Source: a bacterium
GTDB taxonomy: Bacteria; Patescibacteriota; Minisyncoccia; Phycocordibacterales; CALRBL01
Assembly (NCBI GenBank): GCA_027487075.1
Contig: JAIYEG010000010.1
Location: forward strand, 111,270-175,269
Direction of reading: 5' to 3'
Length of the DNA stretch: 64,000 bases
The position numbers were made by a program, and so were the translations under genes. The notes below the pieces were generated by a model. That model had not been told where the DNA came from. It searched no databases and was given only the letters and a program-made list of their open reading frames with translations. Of this stretch, positions 9,327-19,147 are shown piece after piece (the first letter of the stretch is position 1; each line of letters begins with the position of its first letter).

Positions 9327-9784
9327 TACATCGCAGAGAAGCGAGCAAATCTCGCAATCTCAACTTTTTCTCCGAACTTCTGGATTGCTCCAGTAATAAG
9401 TCCGCCGATGGTAACATCTGGATTTTTGATGAACGGCTGCGCGAGAAGCGCTTCACTGTTTCCTTCTTCTACGTCAGATGCTGCAATGTGCATCGCAATA
9501 TCTTTTGCAAGGTCAGTGAACTCCTTATTCTTTGACACGAAATCGGTTTCAGACATGAGAAGCACCATAGCACCAATTGATCCACTTGAGTGAACATATG
9601 AACCAATCGCCCCCGCCCCAAGAACACGATCACCCTTCTTTGCAGCAATATCGGCGCTCTTTGCTCGAAGAATGTCGAGAGCTTTTTCCATATCACCCCC
9701 TGCTTCTTCGAGCGCCTTGCTACACTGCATTATAGAGATACCGGTCTTGTCGCGGAGCTCTTTGATCTGGTCCATGCTTGCCAT
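9326..9784 (-). CDS. tsf: Elongation factor Ts (short form)
   Basis: 152 aa starting MASMDQIKELRDKTGISIMQCSKALEEAGGDMEKALDILRAK, an EF-Ts UBA-like N-terminus. It lies downstream of rpsB as in the canonical operon. Confidence 0.85.
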   Translation of the reverse strand: MASMDQIKELRDKTGISIMQCSKALEEAGGDMEKALDILRAKSADIAAKKGDRVLGAGAIGSYVHSSGSIGAMVLLMSETDFVSKNKEFTDLAKDIAMHIAASDVEEGNSEALLAQPFIKNPDVTIGGLITGAIQKFGEKVEIARFARFSAM

Positions 9785-9801
9785 ATATGTAACTTTAAAA
9801 A

Positions 9802-10497
9802 TTATTGCTTGTAAGCTGCAATCACTTCGTCAACGATGTAAGACACACTGCTAAGGGTAGCATCGTTAGCAACGATTGGGTAGTCTACTTTTGAGATATC
9901 ACAGTCTGAACCGCAGATAGCGATTACGGGGATGTTAAGAGCGAGGGCTTCTGCAAATGCATTGTGCTCACGCTTAGGGTCTACGATGAAGAGCGCGTCG
10001 GGAGCCTTGGTAAGTGATACGAGACCTGAGAAAAGAGTTTCGAGGCGTTCGATTTCGCGATCGATGAGAAGACGTTCTTTCTTAGTGTATTTGCCAAGCT
10101 CACCCTTCTCACGCTTTGAGGTAAGGTCGAGAAGTTTTTCAATACGCTTGCGGATTTCTCCGAAATTACTGATAGTTCCTCCCACCCATCGTCCTGCAAC
10201 ATATGGAAGATTGAGCGCTTCACCAGCCTTCTTGGTAGCTCGCTTTGCTTCACTCTTTCCTCCCACAAAAAGAATAGTCTTCTTTTCTGATGCAAGCTTC
10301 TTCACATACTCAAGTGCGTCATCGAGAAGAGGCTGTGTCTTTTCGAGGTTGAAAATTTCAACGCGATTCTTAACACCGAAAATAAATGGGCTCACTGTAG
10401 GGTGGCGGCGTGACTTGATAAAACCGAAATGAGCACCTGCTTTAAAGAGGGCTTCAATCTTAGGATTTTGCTTGGTTTGTTCGCTGTTTTTTGGCAT
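9802..10497 (-). CDS. rpsB: 30S ribosomal protein S2
   Basis: 231 aa with ...LFKAGAHFGF...RRHPTVSPFIFGVKNRVEIFNLEKT..., the S2 signature. Confidence 0.9.
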   Translation of the reverse strand: MPKNSEQTKQNPKIEALFKAGAHFGFIKSRRHPTVSPFIFGVKNRVEIFNLEKTQPLLDDALEYVKKLASEKKTILFVGGKSEAKRATKKAGEALNLPYVAGRWVGGTISNFGEIRKRIEKLLDLTSKREKGELGKYTKKERLLIDREIERLETLFSGLVSLTKAPDALFIVDPKREHNAFAEALALNIPVIAICGSDCDISKVDYPIVANDATLSSVSYIVDEVIAAYKQ

Positions 10498-10516
10498 GTT
10501 CGGCTATACTACCAAA

Positions 10517-11470
10517 TTATTCGTTTTGCGCAACCTCTTCGGTACCAGGTTCCCCCTTATAGTTCAAGAGGCTCTCAATAATAGGGTCCATATAGCCAAG
10601 GAAGATTTTATCGATATTGTGCCAGCTCTCTCGGATACGGTGGTCGGTGATGCGGTCTTGGAGGATGTTATAGGTGCGGATTTTCTCCGAACGATCCCCC
10701 GTACCGATTTGATCCTTTCGATTCGCAGCAAATTTTTTCATTTCTTCCTCTTCTTTCATAGCTTCAAGCTTTGCTACAAGAATAGACATGGCTTTTTCAC
10801 GGTTTTTGAGCTGACTACGTTCTGAGGTCGAACGCACGTCGATACCGGTTGGCTTGTGGATAAGTCGTACCGCAGTTTCCACCTTGTTCACATTCTGCCC
10901 TCCTGCGCCACCCGAACGTGAGAATTCCATTTCAATATCTGCGGGGTTGATTTCGATTTTAGTCTTCTTGCGAAGTGGTAGAATCGCTACTGATGCAGTC
11001 GAGGTGTGTACGCGCCCCATTTTTTCAGTCGCGGGCACACGCTGCACACGGTGCACCCCTGTTTCAAATCGAAGTTTGTCATACACTCCTTCACCATCAA
11101 GCTGAAATGAGAGATCACTAATGGGAGTAATACGCCACCCCTGCATCCCTGCATATTTTTGATACATAAGCTCAAGATCGTGTGCAAATATGTTTGCTTC
11201 ATCTCCTCCAGCTCCCGCACGGATTTCGACGATAATCGATCGAGGCGATTCATTATCCGCCTCCTCATCCTTCTTCACAATATCCTCCATCTGTGTCCAC
11301 ACCATCTTCATCTGCTCCTCAATCTGAGCAGTTTCTTCTTTTGCGAGTTCTGCCATAGATGGATCACTTTCTACAAGTGCCACCGACTCCTCCTTCTGCT
11401 TCAAAAGCCGCTCGTATTCAGCAGCTAAAAAGCTCGTCTTATAGTTTTCCTTAAAATCCGAGAGTTCCAT
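10517..11470 (-). CDS. prfA: Peptide chain release factor 1
   Basis: 317 aa with the GGQ motif ([20 protein letters not shown]) and the RF1 PxT tripeptide (RVQRVPATE). Confidence 0.9.
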   Translation of the reverse strand: MELSDFKENYKTSFLAAEYERLLKQKEESVALVESDPSMAELAKEETAQIEEQMKMVWTQMEDIVKKDEEADNESPRSIIVEIRAGAGGDEANIFAHDLELMYQKYAGMQGWRITPISDLSFQLDGEGVYDKLRFETGVHRVQRVPATEKMGRVHTSTASVAILPLRKKTKIEINPADIEMEFSRSGGAGGQNVNKVETAVRLIHKPTGIDVRSTSERSQLKNREKAMSILVAKLEAMKEEEEMKKFAANRKDQIGTGDRSEKIRTYNILQDRITDHRIRESWHNIDKIFLGYMDPIIESLLNYKGEPGTEEVAQNE

Positions 11471-11527
11471 TGGGGTAGTATAGCAAAAAATAAAATTTTC
11501 TTAGTTCTTACTCGTAAAAAACATTGC

Positions 11528-11586
11528 GGAGCCTCTGAGGCGAGCATAGGAACTTTTTAGCAAAAAAGTATCCGTGTTTTTGAAGA
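11528..11586. repeat. Core copy (A) of a repeated structured intergenic element, between rpmE and prfA
   Basis: ggagcctctgaggcgagcataggaactttttagcaaaaaagtatccgtgtttttgaag matches the cores at 13257-13321, 57256-57312 and, inverted, 30598-30657. Confidence 0.5.
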
Positions 11587-11606
11587 GTAACGAACCTAAG
11601 AAAATC

Positions 11607-11816
11607 TTATTTCTTTGCAGCTGTCTTTCGAGCCTTGAACTTTTCTACGCGTCCTGCGGTATCGAGTACCTTTTCGTTGCCTGTATATACAGGGTGACAA
11701 TGACTGCAAATTTCGACATTAGTAGCCTGCTTTGTAGAGCCGATCTGATAGATGGCACCACACGCACAGGTAACAGTTGCGTCTTTATGATAAGTAGGAT
11801 GAATGTCTTTTTTCAT
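11607..11816 (-). CDS. rpmE: 50S ribosomal protein L31
   Basis: 69 aa, [20 protein letters not shown]...[10 protein letters not shown]. This is the L31 Cys-x-x-Cys zinc ribbon. Confidence 0.9.
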   Translation of the reverse strand: MKKDIHPTYHKDATVTCACGAIYQIGSTKQATNVEICSHCHPVYTGNEKVLDTAGRVEKFKARKTAAKK

Positions 11817-11838
11817 GTCGAGTTAGCCTATCAAACTA

Positions 11839-13176
11839 TCACTGATTTTGCAAGAAATCGATATCTGATTGGAATCCATTGGCCAGCGCAAGCACGCTAT
11901 TGGCATACCCTAAGCCATGCGTTGCCCAGCCCCCTCCAGCATAGTATCTACCAGCCGCCTCCCGCTCTGCACTATAGCCACCCTTCGATGCTCCAAGATC
12001 TGCCAAGAACAAAGCAGTGGCAGTAAAGGCATGTTCAGCGTTCCAAGGGTTTGCCTGAGAAACACCAAGAGCTGCCGCCACTCGTTTTTCGTAGCTAACC
12101 CACGTAGAAGGAATAAACTGAGAAGGACCCATGGCTCCTCCGAAGCCAATCGACTGAGGACATGAGACCACGGTGGTGTAGGGATCAAGTCCGAGGCGCT
12201 TGGTAACATCAAGAAATGGCACCACATCACGATCAGGCTTCATTACCTTCGCAAATGGCGTACCTGTATTTTTTCCCTTACCTGCTCCCGTGGTTGGATC
12301 GGTAAGATAACATTGCCCAACGTTTGCACCAAGATTAGTCTCCTGCTTCAAGATACCGAGAATAAATGCAGCACGCACACCTGTTGCTTGTGAGGCTTCA
12401 GTTGCAAAACGGAGCGCGTCTTCGAATTTGATGGGGCCAGAATTGATGAGAGGAAAGAGTCGATTTCTAATGGAAGCAGCTTTTGCTTGCTGCTGAGCAA
12501 TAAGATTTTGGTATGATTTCTGATCTTGTTGATTGAGACTAAGAAGACGCTTCTTTTCGGCTTCAGCCGCCTTGATTTTTTTCTGCTCATTCTCAACGTT
12601 TACTTTGGTATCAATTTCTTGATCACGTTTCTCACTCAAATCAATTTTCTGTTTCTCGGTATCTGCTTTAGCCTCTTTTACATCTGAAAGCACTGAATGA
12701 AGCGATTCCTGCACCGTCGCTAACACATCAAAATCCTGAAAGAAATCGGCAAAATTACGCTTTGCGAGAAATGCCTCAGCAATCGAATAAGAATCAAGTT
12801 TATTAGTTTTATTCAAAATATCAGCCAGCGCCTGTTTGTCTTCAGCAATACGTGTGTCTAGATTCTTAATAGTACTCACCTTCACCGTAATATCTTTTCC
12901 AAGCTTATCGATTGCAATATTGTGCGCCTTAATCTTAAGCTGTGCACCCTTAATCTGCGCATCGAGAATGGCAATATCTCGCGCAATTGACTGTCCTTCG
13001 GTCTTCTTCTGATTAAGAATTCCCTGTTGTTCTTTGATCTGTCGCTCTATATCTGCCAACTCCTTCTCAAGAGCCTGTCGTTCTTCTGGGGTGAGGTCCT
13101 GCTGGGCTTTTACCATCGGTGTCACCACAAAAAATGCCAATACGAATATAAGAATACATGTAAAAACTTTTCGCAT
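11839..13176 (-). CDS. Secreted coiled-coil protein with a C-terminal MltB-like (SLT_2) lytic transglycosylase domain
   Basis: 445 aa with a signal peptide and a coiled-coil of about 230 aa. It also has ...LKQETNLG... and ...GFGGAMGPSQFIPSTW..., matching the MltB GAMGQ.QFMP.T signature. Confidence 0.65.
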   Translation of the reverse strand: MRKVFTCILIFVLAFFVVTPMVKAQQDLTPEERQALEKELADIERQIKEQQGILNQKKTEGQSIARDIAILDAQIKGAQLKIKAHNIAIDKLGKDITVKVSTIKNLDTRIAEDKQALADILNKTNKLDSYSIAEAFLAKRNFADFFQDFDVLATVQESLHSVLSDVKEAKADTEKQKIDLSEKRDQEIDTKVNVENEQKKIKAAEAEKKRLLSLNQQDQKSYQNLIAQQQAKAASIRNRLFPLINSGPIKFEDALRFATEASQATGVRAAFILGILKQETNLGANVGQCYLTDPTTGAGKGKNTGTPFAKVMKPDRDVVPFLDVTKRLGLDPYTTVVSCPQSIGFGGAMGPSQFIPSTWVSYEKRVAAALGVSQANPWNAEHAFTATALFLADLGASKGGYSAEREAAGRYYAGGGWATHGLGYANSVLALANGFQSDIDFLQNQ

Positions 13177-13192
13177 TCTTCCAGTATACCAG

Positions 13193-13384
13193 AAAAAAAG
13201 GGACAGGCACCTTTTTCTACGAGACAGAGAAACATATAATCGTCAGTGTCCTGAAAGGAGCCTTGTGAGGCTCGACGGAGCGAGCACGAGGAATTTTCTA
13301 GTAAGAAAATATCCGTGCTCCTGTAAGGACACTGACGATTATGTGGTGATCTGCTTCACGAAAAAAGGTGCCTGTCCCTTTTTT
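13193..13384. repeat. Copy B of a TIR-flanked long-hairpin intergenic element, about 190 bp
   Basis: The 21-bp terminal inverted repeats are aaaaaaagggacaggcaccttttt and aaaaaaggtgcctgtccctttttt. Nested imperfect inverted repeats surround a conserved core, gagcacgaggaattttctagtaagaaaatatccgtgctc. The right TIR overlaps the rplY stop codon, and the left TIR ends 17 nt before the downstream start. Confidence 0.6.
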
Positions 13385-14024
13385 ATTCTGTTGGAGCGTC
13401 TTCCTCTTCCTTCTTACCCTTCTTTTCTGAGATTTCGATAGCTGAGATATCAACTGGAGCTGATTCTTCAACTTCTTCCTTAGCCTCAGATACGAGTGCT
13501 ACTACTTCTTCAGGGTCAGTAACGAGGGTTACACCTGATGGAAGCTTAATGTCTTTTGCGAGGATCTGTGAGTCAAACGTAACAAGTGAATCAATAGAAA
13601 CGGTAAGATCGTGTGGAAGATCGGTAGGCTTTGCCTCGATTTCGATTTCGTGAAGCACCTTAGTAAGAGTACCTCCGAGTTCCTTTACCGCAGGAGCTGA
13701 ACCCTCGAATACAAGAGGAACACTCACCTGTACTTTCTTACCCTTTTCTACCACGTAGAAGTCTGCATGGCGTACTTTACCTGATACAGGGTCTACATCT
13801 ACTTCGTGAATAAGTGCGTCGTGGGTCTCTCCTTCTACTTCAAGAGCGATGATTGATGATTCTCCGGCCTTTCGCCATGCTTTTACGAATTCTACTTCGT
13901 TAAGACGGATAGGTGTTGAGGCTTCTTTGGGCCCGTAGAATACTGCAGGCATATTGCCCTCCTTGCGAATTACAGGAAGTTTCTCGGTACGTGCGCGTTT
14001 TGCGGCTTTGAGGTTAATAGTCAT
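13383..14024 (-). CDS. rplY: 50S ribosomal protein L25 / general stress protein Ctc
   Basis: The ORF extends to 14078, but the conserved start is MTINLKAAKRARTEK... at 14024. It has the L25 beta-barrel plus a Ctc-type acidic C-terminal extension. Confidence 0.85.
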   Translation of the reverse strand: MTINLKAAKRARTEKLPVIRKEGNMPAVFYGPKEASTPIRLNEVEFVKAWRKAGESSIIALEVEGETHDALIHEVDVDPVSGKVRHADFYVVEKGKKVQVSVPLVFEGSAPAVKELGGTLTKVLHEIEIEAKPTDLPHDLTVSIDSLVTFDSQILAKDIKLPSGVTLVTDPEEVVALVSEAKEEVEESAPVDISAIEISEKKGKKEEEDAPTE

Positions 14025-14070
14025 ATGTCGGGATACTATAGCGGGAGATAAGGAAAAAATCAAGAGACTA

Positions 14071-14934
14071 TTAGGCAAGTCCGTTAAACAGCTTCAATCG
14101 CTCCTCAACCACCGCCTGCATCGCCTCCTTCGCTTCCTTCATATACTTGTATGGTGCAACTTCATCCGGATTTGCTTCAAGGGTCTTTCGGAGAGCCTCA
14201 CCCATGGCACGACGGAGCTCGGTAGAGATGTGAATAATCGCCATACCATTCTTGGCTGCAGCCACGAAGTCCTCATCGGGGATACCAGAACCACCGTGGA
14301 GCACGAGAGGTACCTTAGTAGCATCAGAAATCGCCTTCACACGATCAATATGAATGTGAGGGTTCGGACCGCTACGTGCCATACCATGAATGTTTCCAAC
14401 TGCAGGAGCAAACAGATCAATTCCTGTTGCTTCTACGAACCGCACTGCGTCTTCTGCTGAGGTGAGTTGGCTATCGTCCTGCGCCGCACCGTCCGGAATC
14501 TTGTCCCACACCTTCGATGATGACCCAATGAAGCCGAATTCTGCCTCAATGAGAATTTCAGGATTCACGCTCTTTGCATAGTCCACGCATTGCTTGGTCA
14601 CTTTCACGTTTTCTTCATACGGGAGCTTGGCACAATCGATGATCACCGAATCATATCCGGCGTCCACTACCTCTTTTACACGTTCAAACGAATAGGTGTG
14701 ATCAGCATTGAGAAATACCTTCACTCCCTGAGCTTTCTGCATATCCACGAGAGCTTTGATTTCTTTTACTCCCATCCAATCGCGCTCCCCTTCAGAAACA
14801 CCGATGATGACAGGAACATCAAGTTTTTTTGAAGCATTGATCACCGCCCAAAACCCTTCAATGTTTGAAATATTAAAATGTCCGATAGCAACCCCTCGTT
14901 TCAGTGCATCCGCAATCGTTTCTTTGTATGTCAT
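14071..14934 (-). CDS. fba: Fructose-bisphosphate aldolase, class II
   Basis: Starting from MTYKETIADAL (ATG at 14934), it has GVAIGHFN, HLDHG-type metal ligands and the HGGSG motif. Confidence 0.9.
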   Translation of the reverse strand: MTYKETIADALKRGVAIGHFNISNIEGFWAVINASKKLDVPVIIGVSEGERDWMGVKEIKALVDMQKAQGVKVFLNADHTYSFERVKEVVDAGYDSVIIDCAKLPYEENVKVTKQCVDYAKSVNPEILIEAEFGFIGSSSKVWDKIPDGAAQDDSQLTSAEDAVRFVEATGIDLFAPAVGNIHGMARSGPNPHIHIDRVKAISDATKVPLVLHGGSGIPDEDFVAAAKNGMAIIHISTELRRAMGEALRKTLEANPDEVAPYKYMKEAKEAMQAVVEERLKLFNGLA

Positions 14935-14952
14935 ATCTAAATTGTAACAAAA

Positions 14953-14993
14953 ATAATAGGGACAGGCACCTTTTGTGTGCCTGTCCCTATTAT
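14953..14993. terminator. Perfect 15-bp-stem hairpin built from the same gggacaggcacc motif as the TIR elements; it sits in a divergent intergenic region
   Basis: aatagggacaggcac-cttttgt-gtgcctgtccctatt, lying between the fba start and the plus-strand DUF1653 gene. Confidence 0.45.
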
Positions 14994-15032
14994 TGATTGC
15001 TATTAAAAACGCCACGTACTAAAATATAGGTA

Positions 15033-15254
15033 ATGAAAATAAAAATTGGTGGAACATATCGGCATTACAAGGACAACTTATATAAAGTCATTGCACTTGC
15101 AAAAGATAGCGGCACCCTTCAGGACATCGTTGTGTACGAAGCACTCTACCCCAACCCGCTTTCACGTGTCTGGATTCGACCTTATTCTGAATGGACCGAA
15201 GAAGTTACCACCTCAAAAGGCGAGAAAGTTGCTCGATTTATTCTTGAGGAATAA
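15033..15254 (+). CDS. DUF1653 domain protein
   Basis: 73 aa, YRHYKDNLYKVIALAKDSGTLQDIVVYEALYP..., matching the DUF1653 consensus. It is the only plus-strand gene for about 20 kb. Confidence 0.6.
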   Translation: MKIKIGGTYRHYKDNLYKVIALAKDSGTLQDIVVYEALYPNPLSRVWIRPYSEWTEEVTTSKGEKVARFILEE

Positions 15255-15266
15255 CTAACCGTTTTT

Positions 15267-16262
15267 TTAGATCTCTTTTGCTACAAAACTAGCAGGTGCC
15301 TTGGCGATGTATTCAAGGAGCTTTTCTTGTGTAAGGAGTCCTTCCTGTGCTCCTACGTACTGCACCACCGACATTGAATTGATTGATCCCCATGCAAGCG
15401 CTTCAGGGATTGTTTTTCCAAGTGATCGAGCTGAAGTAAAGGTTGAAGCAAAGGCATCGCCGGCACCAGTTCGTTCGTATGGCTCTTTTGGATCAGGATA
15501 TGGGGGCATAAACCACGCTTTATTGTTTTCTTTATCAAATGCATAGGCGCCGTTTGGACCATCAGTAACCACCACCGTCTTAGGACCAAGCTCACTGAGC
15601 TTTTGCATGAGCTTCTTAACATCTTTCTCCTCAGTACCCAAAATACGCTGTGCTTCTTCTACATTACAGAAAAAGATCGTTGCGTGATGATACATACCAG
15701 CAAGCGCATCGACACCAAGCGACATTTGAAATGTTCCTGGTTGGAAAGCAAGTTGCACTTCAGGATGCGCATCAAGGTACGCCTCAAGTGATTTGTGAAA
15801 TGGGAGCGATGTTTTTGAAAGTGACGAAAGATATATCCATTTTGGTGAGCCCACATCAGGAAGCTCATACGGATAATCTTCATGCTTAATAAGAATGGTG
15901 CGCTCATTATGGAACCAAAGCACGTAGTGATAGTTGGTTTTCTTGCCCTCATGCACTTTCACAAAATCAGTGTGCACACCATTTTGTTTAAAGGTCTCAA
16001 GACAATCCTTTCCGTAGTCATCACCTCCAACGTTTGAAAGAAGGAATGAACGGAGACCAAGTCGAGCGGCAGACACCGCAGCATTTGGACTGTTTCCTAC
16101 CGCTGAGAGCACGGTTGCAAATTCAAATGGAATTTTATCTCCGAAGGTCATGCAGAGCTGTCGTGTTTTGTGATCTGCGCTGAAAGTATCCTCTGCTTGT
16201 GACAACCTGATAAATGCATCGACGACGGTATCGCCAATCGCAAGAAAATCTATATGGTGCAT
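15267..16262 (-). CDS. PfkB-family carbohydrate kinase (ribokinase-like)
   Basis: 331 aa with an N-terminal GD di-Gly motif and a C-terminal TGAGDAF motif. Confidence 0.8.
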   Translation of the reverse strand: MHHIDFLAIGDTVVDAFIRLSQAEDTFSADHKTRQLCMTFGDKIPFEFATVLSAVGNSPNAAVSAARLGLRSFLLSNVGGDDYGKDCLETFKQNGVHTDFVKVHEGKKTNYHYVLWFHNERTILIKHEDYPYELPDVGSPKWIYLSSLSKTSLPFHKSLEAYLDAHPEVQLAFQPGTFQMSLGVDALAGMYHHATIFFCNVEEAQRILGTEEKDVKKLMQKLSELGPKTVVVTDGPNGAYAFDKENNKAWFMPPYPDPKEPYERTGAGDAFASTFTSARSLGKTIPEALAWGSINSMSVVQYVGAQEGLLTQEKLLEYIAKAPASFVAKEI

Positions 16263-16271
16263 ATGTATCTA

Positions 16272-17258
16272 CTATAGCAACTTTTTGACTGCAGCGACAA
16301 CGTCTTTTTCCCCCATCCCATAATATTCAATGAGTTCTGCTGGAGTTCCTGATTGACCGAACTTATCATGCACACCAAGACGCATCACCTGAGTTGGATG
16401 TTGTTCTGAAAGCACTTCACACACTACACTTCCAAGACCACCTGCGATCTGATGTTCTTCGAGTGTTACAATTTTTCCGGTTTTCTGTGCAAGTGTGACG
16501 ACCGCTTCTGTATCAAGTGGTTTGATCGTGACAACATTAAGTACCTCAACAGCAATTCCCTCTTCTTCGAGTGTTTGTGCCGCACAAAGCGCTTTATGTA
16601 CGAGTGCCCCCGTTGCAATAATTCCCACCTTCGGCTTGTCATCTTTTGCTACCCAATACGTGTATGCTTTACCGATTTCAAATGGGGTATCATCAGTGGT
16701 GATGAGAGGTGTTTTTTCGCGTGCAAGACGGATGTAGGTAGGAGTTTTAGTGCGCGAAGCCGCAAGCGTTGCCTTACGAGCTTGTATGGCATCACATGGC
16801 GAAATAACCTCCATATTAGGAATTACACGCGTGATAGCAATATCTTCGATTGCTTGATGAGTTCCCCCATCTGGCCCAACCGAAACACCGGCGTGCGAAC
16901 CAGCGATTTTTACTGGAACATCGTTGTAACAAATAGTAGTGCGAATCTGTTCCCAATTCCGCCCAGGAGAAAACATCGCATATGACGCAATAAATGGAAT
17001 CTTGCCCATATGTGCCATACCCGCAGCAACTGAAGCCATATTTTGCTCACCAATACCGATTTCATAAAAACGTTCTGGAAATTCTTTTTTGAATGCATCT
17101 ACTTTTGCCGACTCGGTAAGGTCAGCAACAAGCGCGACCACTTGTGAATTTTCTTTTCCGGCTTCGACGAGCCCTTCGCCGAATCCTTGGCGGATAGGAA
17201 TCTGGTTTACTTCTGGTGAAAAGATATCGGAATTGAGTTTGAGATGTTTGTTAATCAT
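16272..17258 (-). CDS. Transketolase, C-terminal (pyrimidine-binding) subunit
   Basis: 328 aa. Together with the adjacent N-terminal subunit gene it forms a split transketolase, as in archaea and reduced bacteria. Confidence 0.9.
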   Translation of the reverse strand: MINKHLKLNSDIFSPEVNQIPIRQGFGEGLVEAGKENSQVVALVADLTESAKVDAFKKEFPERFYEIGIGEQNMASVAAGMAHMGKIPFIASYAMFSPGRNWEQIRTTICYNDVPVKIAGSHAGVSVGPDGGTHQAIEDIAITRVIPNMEVISPCDAIQARKATLAASRTKTPTYIRLAREKTPLITTDDTPFEIGKAYTYWVAKDDKPKVGIIATGALVHKALCAAQTLEEEGIAVEVLNVVTIKPLDTEAVVTLAQKTGKIVTLEEHQIAGGLGSVVCEVLSEQHPTQVMRLGVHDKFGQSGTPAELIEYYGMGEKDVVAAVKKLL

Positions 17259-18088
17259 ATACGTGATTGTAATTCCTTTAGCGCCGCTTCACCCTGCTCT
17301 TTATTTGGAGGATTACCATGCCAGTAAGGCTTGTTTTCAAATTCTTTCACTCCCTTTCCTGGGGTGTTGTATGAAAGAATCACGATTGGCTGGGAGCGAA
17401 TTGCTTTTGCTTCTTCGACGATCGAAATAATTTCTTCAAAGTTATGACCATTGATTTCGAATACTTTCCAATTGAATGATGCCCATTTTTCGTAGAGCGA
17501 CTCAAGTGGCATCACATCTTCAGTGAAGCCATCGATCTGAATATGATTACGATCTACGACAGCAATAAGGTTGCCGAGCTGCTCCTTACCAGCCAGCATC
17601 ATTGCTTCCCAGTTTTGACCTTCATTGAGTTCACCATCACCAAGAAAACAATACACAAAACGATCATCCTGCTTATCTGCACGAAGTGCGAGGGTCATAC
17701 CCACCGCTTGTGAAAGCCCCGAACCCAGTGGACCAGAACTTGTTTCGAGTGCAGGCAGGAACTCTCTATGAGGATGACCCTGAAGTATCGAACCAAACTT
17801 GCGAAGCGTCATAAGCGTATCAAGAGGGAAATATCCCGCATGCGCCATCGACGCATAGAGTACGGGACAAATGTGACCATTTGAGAGCACCACGAGATCA
17901 CGCTCATTCCAATCAGGACGCTTTGGGTCGTGTTTGAGAATATGAAAATAAAATGCAGCAAAGATGTCTGCCATACCAAGAGGTCCTGCGGTGTGTCCTG
18001 ACTTTGCCTCTACCAGCATGCGAATTATCGACTGGCGGATATCATTCGCCTTCTTTGCAAGCACGTTCACTTCTTCGTCGGTAATCAT
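17255..18088 (-). CDS. Transketolase, N-terminal (TPP-binding) subunit
   Basis: 277 aa with GHTAGPLGM, GDGELNEG and a TPP-binding fold. Its stop overlaps the downstream subunit start by 4 nt. Confidence 0.9.
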   Translation of the reverse strand: MITDEEVNVLAKKANDIRQSIIRMLVEAKSGHTAGPLGMADIFAAFYFHILKHDPKRPDWNERDLVVLSNGHICPVLYASMAHAGYFPLDTLMTLRKFGSILQGHPHREFLPALETSSGPLGSGLSQAVGMTLALRADKQDDRFVYCFLGDGELNEGQNWEAMMLAGKEQLGNLIAVVDRNHIQIDGFTEDVMPLESLYEKWASFNWKVFEINGHNFEEIISIVEEAKAIRSQPIVILSYNTPGKGVKEFENKPYWHGNPPNKEQGEAALKELQSRI

Positions 18089-18100
18089 GAAGCAATTGTA

Positions 18101-18388
18101 TCAGGAATTCTCTAATGCGATAAGGCGACGCTCGACATCACCAAAGACTTTTTCTCCCAAAAAGACAATTGACTCACGAGAAAATGCAAGTGATTTGTCG
18201 AGCTTTTCTTCCATTCGCACCATTTCTGACTCAAGAATATCTAATCTATGTTCAACTCTATCCAGCCTCTCATTCACTTTGACTAAACTCATCAACACAA
18301 CATTCATGTTTTCGGTAAGAATGTTTATCTTTTGATCGATGTGTGCAAGGGTGATATCCATAAAATATACGTTAATACTAATGCTCAT
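18101..18388 (-). CDS. Hypothetical small coiled-coil protein
   Basis: 95-aa ORF in the 13-bp gap upstream of the transketolase. It has heptad-like Leu/Glu spacing and no recognisable family. Confidence 0.35.
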   Translation of the reverse strand: MSISINVYFMDITLAHIDQKINILTENMNVVLMSLVKVNERLDRVEHRLDILESEMVRMEEKLDKSLAFSRESIVFLGEKVFGDVERRLIALENS

Positions 18389-18462
18389 ATACTACTCATG
18401 CAACATAAAATTCACGTAAACAATCAATCAAATACACATCAACATCGTCGTCAAATTTGTAC

Positions 18463-19137
18463 CTAGGACAAAGACTCAAAATAGCTCACCGCTTCAGCAA
18501 CATCGACATCTCCAAAGATTGCCGAACCGATGACAAGTCTATCCACTCCTGCATTAACAAGAGATTGTGCAGTATCCTCATTCACTCCCCCATCAACACT
18601 CACAGGAAGGTCGGGGTACTTTGCTTTAACATCTTTCACGCGCTTAAGCACGCGTTCATCAAATGGCTGTCCCTGAAATCCAATACGCTCAATCCCCATA
18701 AGCTGCACCGCGTCGATGCGAGACCGGTACTTCTCCAGTACTTCAAGTGAATCTCCGATATGAAGCGCCAACCCCACCTCAACCCCTCTCTCTTTTGTCT
18801 TGTCCATGAGTCCAAGAAGCGTTGCGGCCTCTTGCTCACGATAATGAAAGATAATGCGTGAAGATCCTGCATCGATCCACTGCTCGTAGTCATGCGCTGG
18901 ATTAAGGACCATAAGATCAATTTCAAAATCAAAATCTTCCCACATCGGAAGACCACGTTCTTGTGCGAGAATTTCTTTAAACTCTATATCGCCACCAATA
19001 TATGGCCACGAAGGAGAACCCGTGAGTCGCCCATCACAAACATCGATCTGCACTGAGCGTGTCAAACCTCGCACCATCACAAGCTTGCTTTCAAGATCCT
19101 CGAAGTCAGTGGGAATAATTGCAGGATGAATAATCAT
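18463..19137 (-). CDS. rpe: Ribulose-phosphate 3-epimerase
   Basis: TIM-barrel epimerase motifs are present (IIPTDF...HIGDSLEVL...SVDGGVN...). The likely start is MIIHPAI at 19137. Confidence 0.8.
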   Translation of the reverse strand: MIIHPAIIPTDFEDLESKLVMVRGLTRSVQIDVCDGRLTGSPSWPYIGGDIEFKEILAQERGLPMWEDFDFEIDLMVLNPAHDYEQWIDAGSSRIIFHYREQEAATLLGLMDKTKERGVEVGLALHIGDSLEVLEKYRSRIDAVQLMGIERIGFQGQPFDERVLKRVKDVKAKYPDLPVSVDGGVNEDTAQSLVNAGVDRLVIGSAIFGDVDVAEAVSYFESLS

Positions 19138-19147
19138 ATGAACAGAG

